In this document: positions 11,267 to 23,790 of the stretch, piece after piece
Layout of the letters: every line of letters begins with the position of its first letter
Numbering within the stretch: position 1 is the stretch's first letter
Source: Microthyrium microscopicum
Taxonomy: Eukaryota
DNA: 64,000 nucleotides
NCBI GenBank assembly: GCA_010405405.1
Contig: MU004230.1
Span: 3,506,627-3,570,626 of the forward strand
Direction of reading: 5' to 3'
Position numbers and translations under genes: made by a program
The notes under the pieces: model-generated
The model's input: only the letters and a program-made list of their open reading frames with translations
Databases searched by the model: none
Told to the model about the DNA's origin: nothing

Positions 11267-14200
11267 ATGGCTGGCAAAGGCCCTCATGGACCACGGTCTC
11301 CAGACGACCTACTCCTGGATCTGGATGATTCGAGGCCTATGTACAACTCTGGATCCCGACCTCCCGCAAATGATGACCAGCTTCTACAACGGTACAACAT
11401 TGATGACTCTGAAGAGTTTCAGGCGCGGCCATCGGTGTCCTATGACCAATTTGTTGGAGGTCCTACACAATCAAGCAGATCTCAACCTACACCCGGCGCA
11501 TCCCTACAAACCGGCCCTTACCTCACTACAGACCGAGCACGAGCATTCTCACAAACTTCCGGTCTTCAGAACTATTCAAGATATCAAGATGGCTTGGAAT
11601 CCGACGATGACAGGTCGCAAGCTGGGGGTTACTATGCGACGGGAGGAATTGACGACCCAGCCTTGTCATCACCTGGTGTAAGGGATGCAAGAAGTCGGAA
11701 TAGTATTTTGGCAATGGGTGGAGGTTTCATGGGAAAGGCTAGAAATATGCTTGGGATGGGCCCCAAATACTCGGAGATGGATCTACCTTTGACAGAAACT
11801 GGACAACGGAGAGCAGCAACCGACAGCTCTGAGCAACCATCCAAACCCAAGAGCTCAGGGGGCTTCAAATTTGGCTTCAGAAAACAGAAACCAGACCCGT
11901 CTACTTTGGGACCCCGTATAATATACCTGAACAATCCTCCATCCAATGCCGCCAACAAATATGTCGACAATCACATTTCGACTGCAAAATATAACGCTTT
12001 CACCTTTCTTCCAAAATTCCTATACGAGCAGTTCTCGAAATACGCCAACATCTTCTTCTTGTTCACGGCCATTCTCCAGCAAATACCCAACATCTCTCCT
12101 ACAAATCCATATACGACTATCATTCCCCTCATAATCGTCCTCATCATTTCCGCAATCAAAGAAGTAGTGGAAGACCTTCGCCGAAAGTCTTCTGATAATA
12201 TATTGAATAATTCCCGGGCACAAGTTTTGAAGGGAAGTACCTTCGAGGACACGAAATGGATAAATGTTGCTGTCGGCGACATTATTCGTGTTGAATCCGA
12301 GCAACCATTTCCCGCTGATTTAGCTCTCCTGGCAAGCTCGGAACCAGAAGGACTGTGTTATATCGAGACGGCGAATCTGGACGGTGAGACCAACTTGAAA
12401 ATAAAACAAGCCATCCCAGAGACCGCGCATCTGGTTAGTCAGGCTGAGCTTAGTAGGCTCGGTGGGCGTATTAGATCGGAACAGCCCAACAGCAGCCTTT
12501 ACACCTATGAAGGCACATTGACCATGCAAGCTGGAGGAGGAGAGAAAGAACTTGCTCTCACGCCCGAACAACTACTTCTTCGCGGAGCTACTCTTCGAAA
12601 TACGCCTTGGATTCATGGCGTGGTTATCTTTACTGGCCATGAAACAAAACTGATGCGCAATGCCACTGCTACACCAATCAAGAAAACCGCAGTGGAAAAG
12701 ATGATCAACAAACAGATCTTGATTCTTGGACTTATTCTTATTACTCTGAGTATCATTAGTTCCGTTGGTGATCTAATCTACAAATCTACTCAAGGCCATC
12801 AGATGTGGTATGTGAGTCAAGGAGCGTTGAGCCCAGTCAAGCAGTTTTTCTCTGACTTTTTGACATATTGGGTGCTTTATTCCAATTTGGTGCCAATATC
12901 CCTTTTCGTTACAGTGGAAATCGTCAAATACTCTCAGGCGTTCCTCATCAACTCAGATCTGGACATATACTATGATAAGACGGATACTCCTGCAAATTGT
13001 AGGACCTCTTCTCTTGTAGAAGAACTCGGCCAAGTCGAGTACATATTTTCTGACAAGACCGGAACTCTCACTTGCAACATGATGGAATTCCGCCAAAGCA
13101 CAATTGGAGGATTACAATATGCTGATGAAATCCCTGAGGATCGCAGAGCTACGGTAGAGGATGGCATCGAAACCGGCATTCACGACTTTAAGCAACTCGA
13201 GGCAAATCGGAAGAATCATCGAACCAGTGAAGAGATCAACCAGTTCCTGACTCTGCTCGCAACCTGTCATACAGTCATTCCTGAACAGGGCGCGGATAAG
13301 TCTGGACCGATCAAATATCAAGCAGCTTCGCCAGATGAAGGAGCACTTGTGGAAGGGGCAGCGCTTCTAGGATACAAATTCATCGCTCGCAAGCCTCGCT
13401 CTGTCACGATATTAGTGGACGGACAAGAGCAAGAGTATGAATTGCTAGCAGTCTGCGAATTCAACTCGACCAGGAAACGAATGTCGACAATCTTCAGATG
13501 CCCAGACGGCAGAGTCCGAGTGTACTGCAAAGGTGCTGACACCGTCATACTCGAACGTCTTGGCCAGAACAACGAAGTCGTCGAAACTACGTTACGGCAT
13601 CTAGAGGAGTATGCTGCAGAAGGCTTACGAACTCTCTGCTTGTCAATGCGCGAGGTTTCAGAGCAAGAATTTCAAGAATGGTATCAAGTTTACAATACAG
13701 CCATGACTACTGTTGGTGGTAATCGTGCTGAAGAGCTGGACAAGGCTGCTGAACTTATAGAGCACGACTTGACTCTTCTCGGTGCAACGGCTATTGAGGA
13801 TAAGCTTCAAGATGGTGTTCCCGAGACAATTCATACTCTACAAGAAGCCGGTATCAAGATCTGGGTCTTGACTGGAGATCGTCAAGAAACGGCAATCAAC
13901 ATTGGCATGTCATGCAAGCTCATTAGTGAGGATATGACATTGTTGATTGTGAATGAAGACAGCAAGCACGCAACCCGCGATAATCTAGAAAAGAAGTTGG
14001 CGGCTGTCCAAGGTCAGGCAGTATCACAGGCCGAACTCGAAAGTCTTGCATTGGTTATAGATGGAAAATCGCTGACCTTTGCGCTTGAACGAGACTTGGA
14101 AAAGCTTCTCCTGGATCTTGCTATCAAGTGCAAGGCCGTGATATGCTGTCGGGTGTCGCCTTTACAGAAAGCACTGGTCGTCAAGCTCGTTAAGCGACAT

Positions 14201-15430
14201 CTCAAAGCTATTCTACTTGCCATTGGAGATGGTGCCAACGATGTCTCCATGATTCAGGCCGCACATATCGGAATCGGCATTAGTGGTGTCGAAGGCCTGC
14301 AAGCAGCGCGAAGTGCTGATGTTGCAATTGCACAGTTCCGATTTCTACGTAAATTGTTGCTTGTCCATGGTGCTTGGGGCTATCATCGAGTGTCTAGAGT
14401 CATTTTGTACTCTTTCTACAAGAACGTGGCGCTTTTCATGACCCAGTTCTGGTATTCTTTCATGAACGCATCCACTGGTCAAAGTATCTACGAATCCTGG
14501 ACGTTGAGTTTCTTCAACGTCATCTTCACAGTCGCACCACCATTCGTCATTGGAGTCTTCGACCAGTTCATCTCAGCAAGATTACTCGATCGTTACCCGC
14601 AGCTATACCAACTCAGTCAGAAAGGTGTCTTCTTCAGAATGCACTCATTCTTCTCCTGGATCGCCAACGGATTCTATCACTCTCTCATCCTCTTCGTTGC
14701 ATCAGTATTCTTCTTCTACGACGATCTCCCTCAAAGCGACGGCAGAATAGCCGGCCATTGGGTTTGGGGCACAGCATTGTACACTGCGGCGCTGGTAACA
14801 GTTTTACTCAAAGCCGCGTTGATCGTCAACATCTGGAACAAATGGACTGTCCTCGCAATCCCTGGCAGTTTTGCTCTTTGGGGATTGCTTCTACCGCTCT
14901 ACGCGTGGATTGCACCCATGGTCCACGTCTCTCCCGAATTCTACGGCATCAACGAACGTCTCTGGCCATCGCTAGTCTTCTGGGCTATGGCACTTGTCTT
15001 GCCGCCCCTCTGCCTAAGTCGTGACATTGCATACAAATAGTAAGTTCATCTCAATATCTCGCATGAAGAAGACTATCGCTAACTCTCTTTCCCAGTGCCA
15101 AGCGGATGTATTTTCCTCAGCAATATCACTATGTGCAAGAAATTCAAAAATACAACATCCAGGACTATAGACCTAGGTACATATCACCATGGAGTTTTAG
15201 CCGCGTCATACTAACATCGTTTCTCTAGGATGGAGCAGTTCCAGAAAGCTATCCGTAAGGTCCGTCAAGTCCAGCGTATGCGAAAGCAACGCGGATATGC
15301 GTTTTCGCAGACCGACGAGTCACAGGCGCGTGTACTGCAGGCGTACGACACGACGAAATCGCGGGGTCGGTATGGTGAGATGGTTAGTTCGAGAAAGCCG
15401 GGCGAAGGTGGTGTGGGTATGGCGCGGTGA
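11267..15430 (+). CDS. DRS2: P4-type phospholipid-transporting ATPase (flippase) Drs2
   Basis: DGETN, PISLFVT, FSDKTGTLT, TGDRQETA and GDGANDVSM motifs. Two 3' introns (donors at 15040 and ~15177) lead to the YHYVQEIQKYNIQDYRPRMEQFQKAIRKVRQVQRMRKQRGYAFSQ tail typical of Drs2. Confidence 0.96.
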
Positions 15431-15593
15431 GATTTGGAGCGAATGGTTTAGTTGTTGTTATTATGAGATATGAGCTGTTGTGGTCTCATTGACTGTTTCT
15501 TTTTGAGAAGATTGATCTACCCAGCTGTGGGGGTCTTTTTGGCATGGAGTTTTGGTGGTCTACTTCACTGGACTGAGTGGGTTTGTTGTTCTT

Positions 15594-15688
<95 letters not shown>

Positions 15689-15698
15689 NNNNNNNNNN

Positions 15699-15793
<95 letters not shown>
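15594..15793. repeat. (TAC)n/(GTA)n microsatellite spanning an assembly gap
   Basis: Perfect TAC repeats on both sides of 10 Ns (15689-15698), just downstream of the DRS2 stop. Confidence 0.97.
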
Positions 15794-17009
15794 TCTCTGC
15801 GGAATAGTAGGCTTTTTGGTTCTGTGCATAGTATGTTGTTTGTTTAGTGTACTTTCTTGGACTTTGTCGAGATTGTATATCAAATTTATCAATGAAGGGC
15901 CGAATGGATGCCCCTGCCTTTTGAATATATTCAATGCTTATTCTATAATTTCGATATATCCTAGATATCATCGACTAGATTAGTGGATCAAATTATGGCA
16001 GCAAAAGGACCGAATCGATCGCGTTCTACGCTTTTGAACTACCATACACGTGGAAGAGCTTGTTACGGAACAATAGATGCCGTGGAAGGCACGGATTGAT
16101 ATGGATTCGAATTTAATGGTAGGCTTGAGCCGGGTCTGATATGGCTTGCGCTGTGTTTGGTTGGCAAAAAACCCCCGAAGCTTGAACTGGTTCCGCAAAC
16201 AAGACTAATATGCAGGCCACGCAATTGGTGAATCATACAACGTGCTTCCACCCAGGTACGAACCAAAATAAAGATCGCTATGATCTTCGACAGGCATAAA
16301 ATGCTATTGATCTGGTAGTGATCGTGTCCAAAGGTAGACAAAACCGAGTGGACTTCAGCAGCAGAGTCCAAGGCTTGAAGCGTTTCAACGTAGACAGCGC
16401 CAAACCACCACCAAGCCCAGATTGTGGAGTTGGCAAAGGTGAAGAATCTTCAAAAGAAGGGGAATTGGCTGGCTTTTTATTCTCCTTGTTGGCTAAGGCT
16501 GAAACGGGCAAAGTGGTGGATGAAGAAGGCTTTCTAGAGCGTACGCCAGACAGTTGCCAGTCGCCAGCCACGAGTTATTCAAACGAATCAAACCAAAGAA
16601 AGCTCACGCCAAAAGAGACGATTTAGTAAATTTCTGGTAAAGTTCTGGTTCCCAGCGAACGACATTCGATCATACATTCAGCTTAGACTCCACTTGTTGA
16701 CCCTCCACTGTCTGCACTGTCCTCCTCCAGTCCTTCACACTAACACCGATACATCCTCACCAAAAAGTCATCAGCTCCGCCCCAGACTAACTCTACACTC
16801 CAATTGCCAATCCTCCTGTTTTTCCCATCTTCCGTCTGCATCTTACTTTGCGAAAGAAACATCTCCAAACCATCTCGCTGCATCATATCGATACTATCGC
16901 TGTCATGCGCCCTATCCGCTGTTTGTCTATCATCCCTCAGCCGCGCTCACGTTGATGATCCACCCACGTTCCACCTGTTGGTAGCCGGCCCGCGCCTGGC
17001 CACAGCAGA

Positions 17010-20000
17010 ATGTTTAGAAATCGCAAGAAAGACAAGTTGCAACCTCCGCCGACCCACTCCTCCAAGCAATCTATAACTTCGGTGGCATCTTTGACATCGG
17101 TTGGATCTGCTGGTCGCAATGCATCCTCGCCGCATCTTCCCTCCAAATCCCCCAGTCTCTTGAATCTTCCCTCTGCCACCGAACCGTCTTCCGCAGCGTC
17201 CGACTACGAACACGGCACCTATCCTTTTCTCGACCATCCGTCCTCCATTCCGCCGTACCAATCGTACCAATCGTACACATCCTCTCCAATCTCGTCGCTG
17301 CCCCCAACGTTGCCGGATATAACTCGAGTGTCGAGCATTAGAAGTGTCTTGGGACGACAAGGCCAGCAGACAGGCGAAGCTGGCACTAATATACTTGCGC
17401 GCAATGGATCTGGGGAATCGTGGCTGCGGTCTTTTGGCTCGTCCGCTAAAGATGAAGCTTCATGGGACGAGTCGAAGCAAGCGAGCGTAGGCGAGGGGAG
17501 GCCTGCACCGACAAAAACAAAACTGACATTACCTGGAGACATTGAGGCGCCCCGTCCACCACCCAAGGAAAGAGAAGAATCACGATCTCGCCCAACAACT
17601 GCTGGAAGTAGGTCGGATCAACTCTCCCGCCCGCGTACAGCTCCACGCGACGATTCAAGGGAGGCCATACCATCTATTGTAACACATGGAGCAACACCTC
17701 GACAGAACCATAGATTCGACCTTGACGGAAACAAATCTCCTCCTGTTTCTCGTCCTCTTACGGCCGCCTCCTCGCTACTCAGTTATACGCAACACTCTGA
17801 TAAAAGCAGCGCCACAGGATCTTCGATTCGGTCGTCGTCTACCTTTAGTCATCCCATGATGATGGGACAGTTCAATGATCCTGTTCAGACGTCACTTTCT
17901 GTGTCGCCGTCTAAGTTTCCTACAGAAAGTCATCGGCCACCTCCAAAACCCCCTTCCTATGCTCCGCCTCCAGTGCCACAGACTCAGATTCACGCACCAG
18001 CAAAAGTTATGGATCTAAACCCACCAATACCTAAACATGCACCTCCTCCACCTCCACCTCCAAAGGTGACCAAACATAAACTTAATCTACGGAATCCAAT
18101 GTCTCTGCTTTTAAAACGACGCTCGGCGCAGAACATCCCACAACTGTCAGATGACTCTCTAGTCTCACGCAAAACTCCGAGATCATACGGCTCATCGGCA
18201 CAAACAAAAGACCCAAGTATAAGGGGCACCATCGTCCATGACTTTAGTGCGCCCAAAGAAAGACGGAATAATAATGGCTTTGACGATTCGATGGCTTCGA
18301 TACAAGAAGAGCCTTGGCCTGATAAACCCCATACACCTATCTTCAAGGAACACTTTGATGATGGGCAAAGCAACGAGGCTGCTATTCGTGCAGAAGCCAT
18401 GGCGAATCGCGATTTTATAGCTCGAAACCTTCCACCTCCAATGCCTTCTGCTCCTCCGCCACTGCCACCACCTCCTCCATTTGGACGACCGGCGGCTGCT
18501 CAATATATGCCTGATTACCATGCTGCTCACCATGTAGAAACTGCCTTGTCAGCACCTTTGCAACCTCCACCTCTAGCTGCACTTCCTGAGATACCGCTTC
18601 AGATAGATACTACTGTGGCATCGGGACCTCAAGCTGGTGGAACACTTTCCCCATTGATCGAGGATCCTGGTACATCGCCGGTAGGGCCAAAAAATCCATC
18701 GGGAAATATTAGACGCAACACCATAAGCAGCAGACGACGGAACACGAGATTCAGCACTGCTTCAAGAGGATCAATGTCCAGTATCGCTTCCGATGGCAGT
18801 AATCGCTCTTCTGGCATACCGGCTCACATGTCGTCTCAATCGTCGCGATTTAGTTTCCAGTATGCGGGACAAGATTCGATCTTGCAGGAGAAGATGCTGG
18901 AAGAAAAGCATAAACAGAGGGCGGCAGCGAAGGCGCTTGCTGAGAAGGCCAATCCGACTGAGGAACCGGAGCCTGAAGAAGAGGACGATTATGACTATGA
19001 GGACGAGATGGACGATATGGAAGAGGAGGTTCCTATGATAGGCGATGATTGGGGTTATGGTGGTGGAGGACTGGGAGACATGTCTTTGGGGACCGGCCTG
19101 GGCAATTTGACACTCGAGGACGTATTGAATACATCAGCAATGAATGTTGCTCTCATGGGGAATCCACTCGACAATTCATCATTGACAGCCCAGTCACCCT
19201 CGGTACATGGACTTGGAATATTGTCTGGCCCACAGCAGCAGGAACATCAAGTTGAAACTCGCCAATCTTCAAAGCCTTCAGTCTATCAGCCAAGTGGAAT
19301 TCCAACCCAAAACTCAGTGCATCTCAACTTTGATGAAGGGGCGATGGATGACGATCTCTACTTTGACGATGGCATGATCGATGAAGTCAACTTTGATGAT
19401 ACGCAACACTTTGACGAGACGGTGCTTGACGATCCCTCGCATCCTCTTTACGAACGGAAACGATTGTCTGCCCCAATGACAGAGCCGTTGTCTGCTCTGT
19501 CAGACGATGGTGATGATAAGCCAGCCCACTCAAATATGTTGGCACCGATGAATAGTGTTCATAACAGCACTCAGGTGTTCAATTTTGCGCAGTATCCAAG
19601 CGTCAACGCATCACCTGAACAAGTTTCTGAATATCACAGCATCCTTGCCATGGCCGCAACCAAGGCGGCCGAGTCTGGACGTTTTGAGCGAAGCGATAGT
19701 GTGAGCAATCTGAAAGATGCCGCTCAAACTGGATTGCATGAAGCTGAATCACAACCGGGTCTTGTTCCTGACGACTCGCGATCAAGTCAAGCAACCACCA
19801 TGTCACCGCCACCTGCTGATACGGTCACGGAACTAGACACTCAGGAGCTCTCTCGACAAGAATCGCAAAAGCAGGTCATGTTCACATTAGGCGGTCAAGG
19901 ACACTACGATAATGACTTCATGGCCTTTAACTCAGACATGTCGGACTATGACTCGGCGTACGAAGATGACCAAATCATCGCAGCTGCCAATGCCGACGCA

Positions 20001-21068
20001 CTTGCTAATGACGACGACTGTATCTACGGAACGGAGTTTGGTTTCTACGCACGACCTGGTCCCAATGGCGGTGACGACGGCGAAGAGGCTATTAACGGTG
20101 GCTATTTTGGACCAAAAGAATGGAGCCAGATTGAACGCCAAAAGTCTACTCGCGAGCCAAATCTTACACCGATCACCGAGCGAAGCGAATACTCGACGCG
20201 CAACTCGTTTGTGTCGGTGCCAACGCTCGATAAGGGAGCACACTCCAGTCCCGGTCTTGCTCAGCTGGCGCGCATGAGTCCAAGTTGGAACAACAGCGAA
20301 ATGAATCTTGAGGCATTGATGCGCCTCCGCAAAGGCACATTCGGCGGCAGCCAGGCCAGTTTAAAGAGCACTGGAAGCAATGGAAACCAACCGAGTAGTC
20401 CTCTCGCCTCGAGCCCCATCATAGCCATGCAAGATTCTCGCAGTGCTTTTGCTCACCCAGAACTCAAGTCCAACTCTGCCCTCCAACACGCCATCAACGC
20501 GCCATACCGAACCACTGATGATGTAGAGGACGAAGACGAGGCCTGGGAAGACACAACCACCGCCTCTACCGATGAGGAAGAATCCGACTACACCGATACC
20601 GAAGAACTAGAAGACGACGAAGAAGGTGAAAGCCCAACCATCACCGCAACAACCTACTCCTGCACCGCCGGCTCAACCACTTTACCCGCCCAAAAATCCT
20701 TCCCTCGCCCCTTCAACCTCGTCATCCAGCCCGCGACTTCTCCGCACGCCAACCTACCAGCATTCCACTTCCCCTCCAGCGCCTCACCCATCTCGCCCAC
20801 GGACGTTGGCCTCGCGCCCCTTCTTTCCCAGCAAGCTGGCGCCGCGCGCGGAAAAGCCGCCTCCGGCACATTCTACTCGCCCGCCTCATCCGTCGCTTCC
20901 CCCGTAAAAATCAGCCACTCGCGCACCGGCTCCGACAGCGTCGCCTACGTCGAAGAATGCGACGAGGAAGGCGGGCAGCCACATTGGGTGCTGGAACGTC
21001 GACGAACAGGCGAGAATGGCGTGGAAGAATTGATTGGTAGGACTAGAATTGAGCATGGGTCGATTTAG
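17010..21068 (+). CDS. Large Pro/Ser/acidic-rich, probably disordered hypothetical protein (1352 aa, intronless)
   Basis: Uninterrupted 4-kb ORF with motif-like islands (LNLRNPMSLLLKRRS, IRGTIVHDFSAP, HTPIFKEHF, SSRFSF, YGTEFGFYA, REPNLTPITERSEYSTRNSF, HSRTGSDSVAY, WVLERRRT). Confidence 0.85.
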   Translation: MFRNRKKDKLQPPPTHSSKQSITSVASLTSVGSAGRNASSPHLPSKSPSLLNLPSATEPSSAASDYEHGTYPFLDHPSSIPPYQSYQSYTSSPISSLPPTLPDITRVSSIRSVLGRQGQQTGEAGTNILARNGSGESWLRSFGSSAKDEASWDESKQASVGEGRPAPTKTKLTLPGDIEAPRPPPKEREESRSRPTTAGSRSDQLSRPRTAPRDDSREAIPSIVTHGATPRQNHRFDLDGNKSPPVSRPLTAASSLLSYTQHSDKSSATGSSIRSSSTFSHPMMMGQFNDPVQTSLSVSPSKFPTESHRPPPKPPSYAPPPVPQTQIHAPAKVMDLNPPIPKHAPPPPPPPKVTKHKLNLRNPMSLLLKRRSAQNIPQLSDDSLVSRKTPRSYGSSAQTKDPSIRGTIVHDFSAPKERRNNNGFDDSMASIQEEPWPDKPHTPIFKEHFDDGQSNEAAIRAEAMANRDFIARNLPPPMPSAPPPLPPPPPFGRPAAAQYMPDYHAAHHVETALSAPLQPPPLAALPEIPLQIDTTVASGPQAGGTLSPLIEDPGTSPVGPKNPSGNIRRNTISSRRRNTRFSTASRGSMSSIASDGSNRSSGIPAHMSSQSSRFSFQYAGQDSILQEKMLEEKHKQRAAAKALAEKANPTEEPEPEEEDDYDYEDEMDDMEEEVPMIGDDWGYGGGGLGDMSLGTGLGNLTLEDVLNTSAMNVALMGNPLDNSSLTAQSPSVHGLGILSGPQQQEHQVETRQSSKPSVYQPSGIPTQNSVHLNFDEGAMDDDLYFDDGMIDEVNFDDTQHFDETVLDDPSHPLYERKRLSAPMTEPLSALSDDGDDKPAHSNMLAPMNSVHNSTQVFNFAQYPSVNASPEQVSEYHSILAMAATKAAESGRFERSDSVSNLKDAAQTGLHEAESQPGLVPDDSRSSQATTMSPPPADTVTELDTQELSRQESQKQVMFTLGGQGHYDNDFMAFNSDMSDYDSAYEDDQIIAAANADALANDDDCIYGTEFGFYARPGPNGGDDGEEAINGGYFGPKEWSQIERQKSTREPNLTPITERSEYSTRNSFVSVPTLDKGAHSSPGLAQLARMSPSWNNSEMNLEALMRLRKGTFGGSQASLKSTGSNGNQPSSPLASSPIIAMQDSRSAFAHPELKSNSALQHAINAPYRTTDDVEDEDEAWEDTTTASTDEEESDYTDTEELEDDEEGESPTITATTYSCTAGSTTLPAQKSFPRPFNLVIQPATSPHANLPAFHFPSSASPISPTDVGLAPLLSQQAGAARGKAASGTFYSPASSVASPVKISHSRTGSDSVAYVEECDEEGGQPHWVLERRRTGENGVEELIGRTRIEHGSI

Positions 21069-22325
21069 GAGAGACTTTGTGCCGATCGTGTCCGCAATCA
21101 TGTCCGGTAGGGTTGGAAGGTGATGATGCTGGTGATTGTATATAGTGGACTATTCGGATGGGGATGGGGATGGAGCTTTGACTGGTGGATGGATTGGGGG
21201 AGAAAGAGAAGAAGATTGTTATTGTATATACCCGCATGGATTGTTGTTTTTGCACTGTGCATAGCGATGGGAGCGGTTCATGTTTTAGACTTTTAGGGAT
21301 TGGGATATACCACTGCGGTCGTTTAGGGGATTTTTGTTATTAATTTTAGCGCCGAGAGCGGTATATTTTTTCTCACTTCAATCAATCGCTCAGTGAAAGT
21401 GATTAGGCGGATGATAAATCGATCTTTGCTTCTTGGTATCGCCCTCGTCTACATTCGATGGCTGATGGCTGGGGGTAGTGGAGCCCAGGAAGTCTTGTCG
21501 CTGTCATGATATTACTATTTTAGCTTCAAAGATCTGCCGCTTTGGGTGCAAATTCAGTGGAACGCGAGAACAAAGATCTCTTATATTCACTAATCCTGTA
21601 AACATGATCCCGGCTCTGAAATGTCCCTTGAAGACAGTTCTGGTACCAGGTTAACCAAAAAGAAGTCATAGGAGAAAAGTGTGGCTGGCATGAGAGACAG
21701 CTGGATTGTTGTGGTACCGAAGAATAATAGGATTGAATGATGATTTCTATCAAGGAGAGAAGTGTATACCGGTGTTACAAAAGTCGAAGGATCACTGTAT
21801 CAACTGGTCACGTTCTTCCATGCCATCACAAGCTCCTTGTGCTATAAACATAGAGGGCAAGCCATAGAATGTACCGCTGGTTTCGTCAAAAACGGGCTGG
21901 AGCTATATCGCTTCCAGTCACTGCGATCATAAATTGCATCCACAGCTCCAAACAGTCGACTAAGGGGCACGCTCAAATGTTCCTTGATTTGAGAAAGCAT
22001 CTATACTGTTTTGGGAAGTGTAGTTACAAGTTTGTAGAGCGTTGATAGTCCTACTTTTGGCGACAAAGAGCAAGGCGAGAAGCAATCAATCATGCCTTAC
22101 CCAGACAGTCGTAGTACATCATGAACAGGATTAAATCTTTGTTGAATTGGCATAAGCAAAGTTAGCGTCACGCTTACGATTGCCTTGGACATATCTTCTG
22201 CCCGTTCCGTTTCGGTATATATTCTCAAGTGCTGCTGGGCTTTGAATTTAGGAGTAGTCATTCTACTATCTTGTCTACCTACTAATTCAGCAAGTGTAGT
22301 TCTTTGCGAACTTTTCCACACCATC

Positions 22326-23790
22326 ATGAGTTCCTTCTTTCTTCTAGCCGCTACAACTGGCACTGCAATCGCACAAGTTAATACGCTGCCAGCTTGTAGC
22401 CTTGCGACCTTCTCACCATTTCCTGATGGGACGAGCAAGATATACTTCTCGCCAACAGATACCGGAACTCTGGTGGCTACAACTATGGCGAGGACAGGGG
22501 GTATTTATACTGTCTTCCTAATTCTGAAATGACATGACTTACGTTTGAAAAGCACAAGGGTGTTCTCCAGGTTCTGTCGGCACTGTGTCTCTGATTTTCC
22601 CAACTGGGGTGACTATAAATGGAGCAACCAGTCTAGACTGTGGCACATTTGGTTTGGATGGAACTGTTCAAACAATCAATTGGTGAATATTATGCTGACC
22701 TGAGGATTGAACATCATTGCTAACTTGTTCCAGGCCTATTGTTGTTGGCACATTGGTCCCAGGTATGGTCTAATTGTTTGGATCGAGTTCTTCCAGTCCT
22801 ATCCCTGTCGTTACCAGAAGACGCTTAGAACATCCTATGTCTTGATAAAGCTTTACTAACAGGTCATAGGAGTGTATGGCTATGCCATAAACCTGAACTT
22901 TATCAACGGCACGCTTCCAGTATACTACACAAATCAGCAAACCACCATCACCGCAGATCCTGCAACAGTAACTGACACTAGTACTCCAAGTAAGCTTATA
23001 GCTTTGAATTGGAGGGGAACTGTGCTAATATGTTTCGTGCCAACCAGTTGTAACCACTACCGAGACAGACTTCACAACCATCACAGAAACGGAGACTTCT
23101 GCTCAAGTGACAATTACTTCTCCTACCCCAGGTTCATATACCGTAACCATACTCCGCGTAGAAGCACTGTATTGTCTACTTCAACATTACCAGTACGAAG
23201 AAAGATGTATCAGACACATGGGTCATAAAGACAGCGACAGAGACCGCACCATGCACAAGAACACCTACCGGTCATCCGTGGCATTTCGGCCCAGCTCCCA
23301 AAGTTCGTCGAGGTGTGAAAAAAGTAAGGCGAAAAACATATACAAGTCACGTAGAATCGTAAAACGGGACACATCTCCTGTACTCGGAGATGGGCCAGCT
23401 TCGGTCACGACCACACCTGACCCGATTATCACTACAGTCACTGCCTCAGATTCGACTGTTACTGCTACTACCACCAGTGGAATCGATGTTACAACCACAG
23501 TGTGAGTTTTTCCGACGGATATATACCGGTGGAAGTACGTGTTCATGCTGATGTTTGTTCAGACCAGCCGATCCTGCCACCACCACAGTTTTCATCGGCA
23601 TTGCAGTCCAAACTACAACTCTGCATGCTCAAAATTAAACCCGTTTTAGATCCACTGTTACCACTACTACTGTTCACTCGACTAGTACTCATACGTAAGT
23701 AATTCTAATCTCATTCGTCCTTGGTTCTAAGCATTCTCCAGATATACCAAACCAGCACCGTTACTCAGCGATGCTCGGGGAGAAGGTAAA
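22326..23790 (+). pseudogene. Multi-exon secreted Thr-rich (cell-wall/adhesin-like) protein gene, apparently frameshifted
   Basis: Signal-like start MSSFFLLAATTGTAIAQ and about 6 canonical introns. The Thr-rich text switches among three frames at ~23150-23350, and an in-frame TAA (~23636) lies inside Thr-rich text. Confidence 0.6.

Noticed and set aside
15470..15983. Poly-L, poly-V, poly-Y and poly-T ORFs
   Set aside because: Artefacts of translating the (TAC)n microsatellite.
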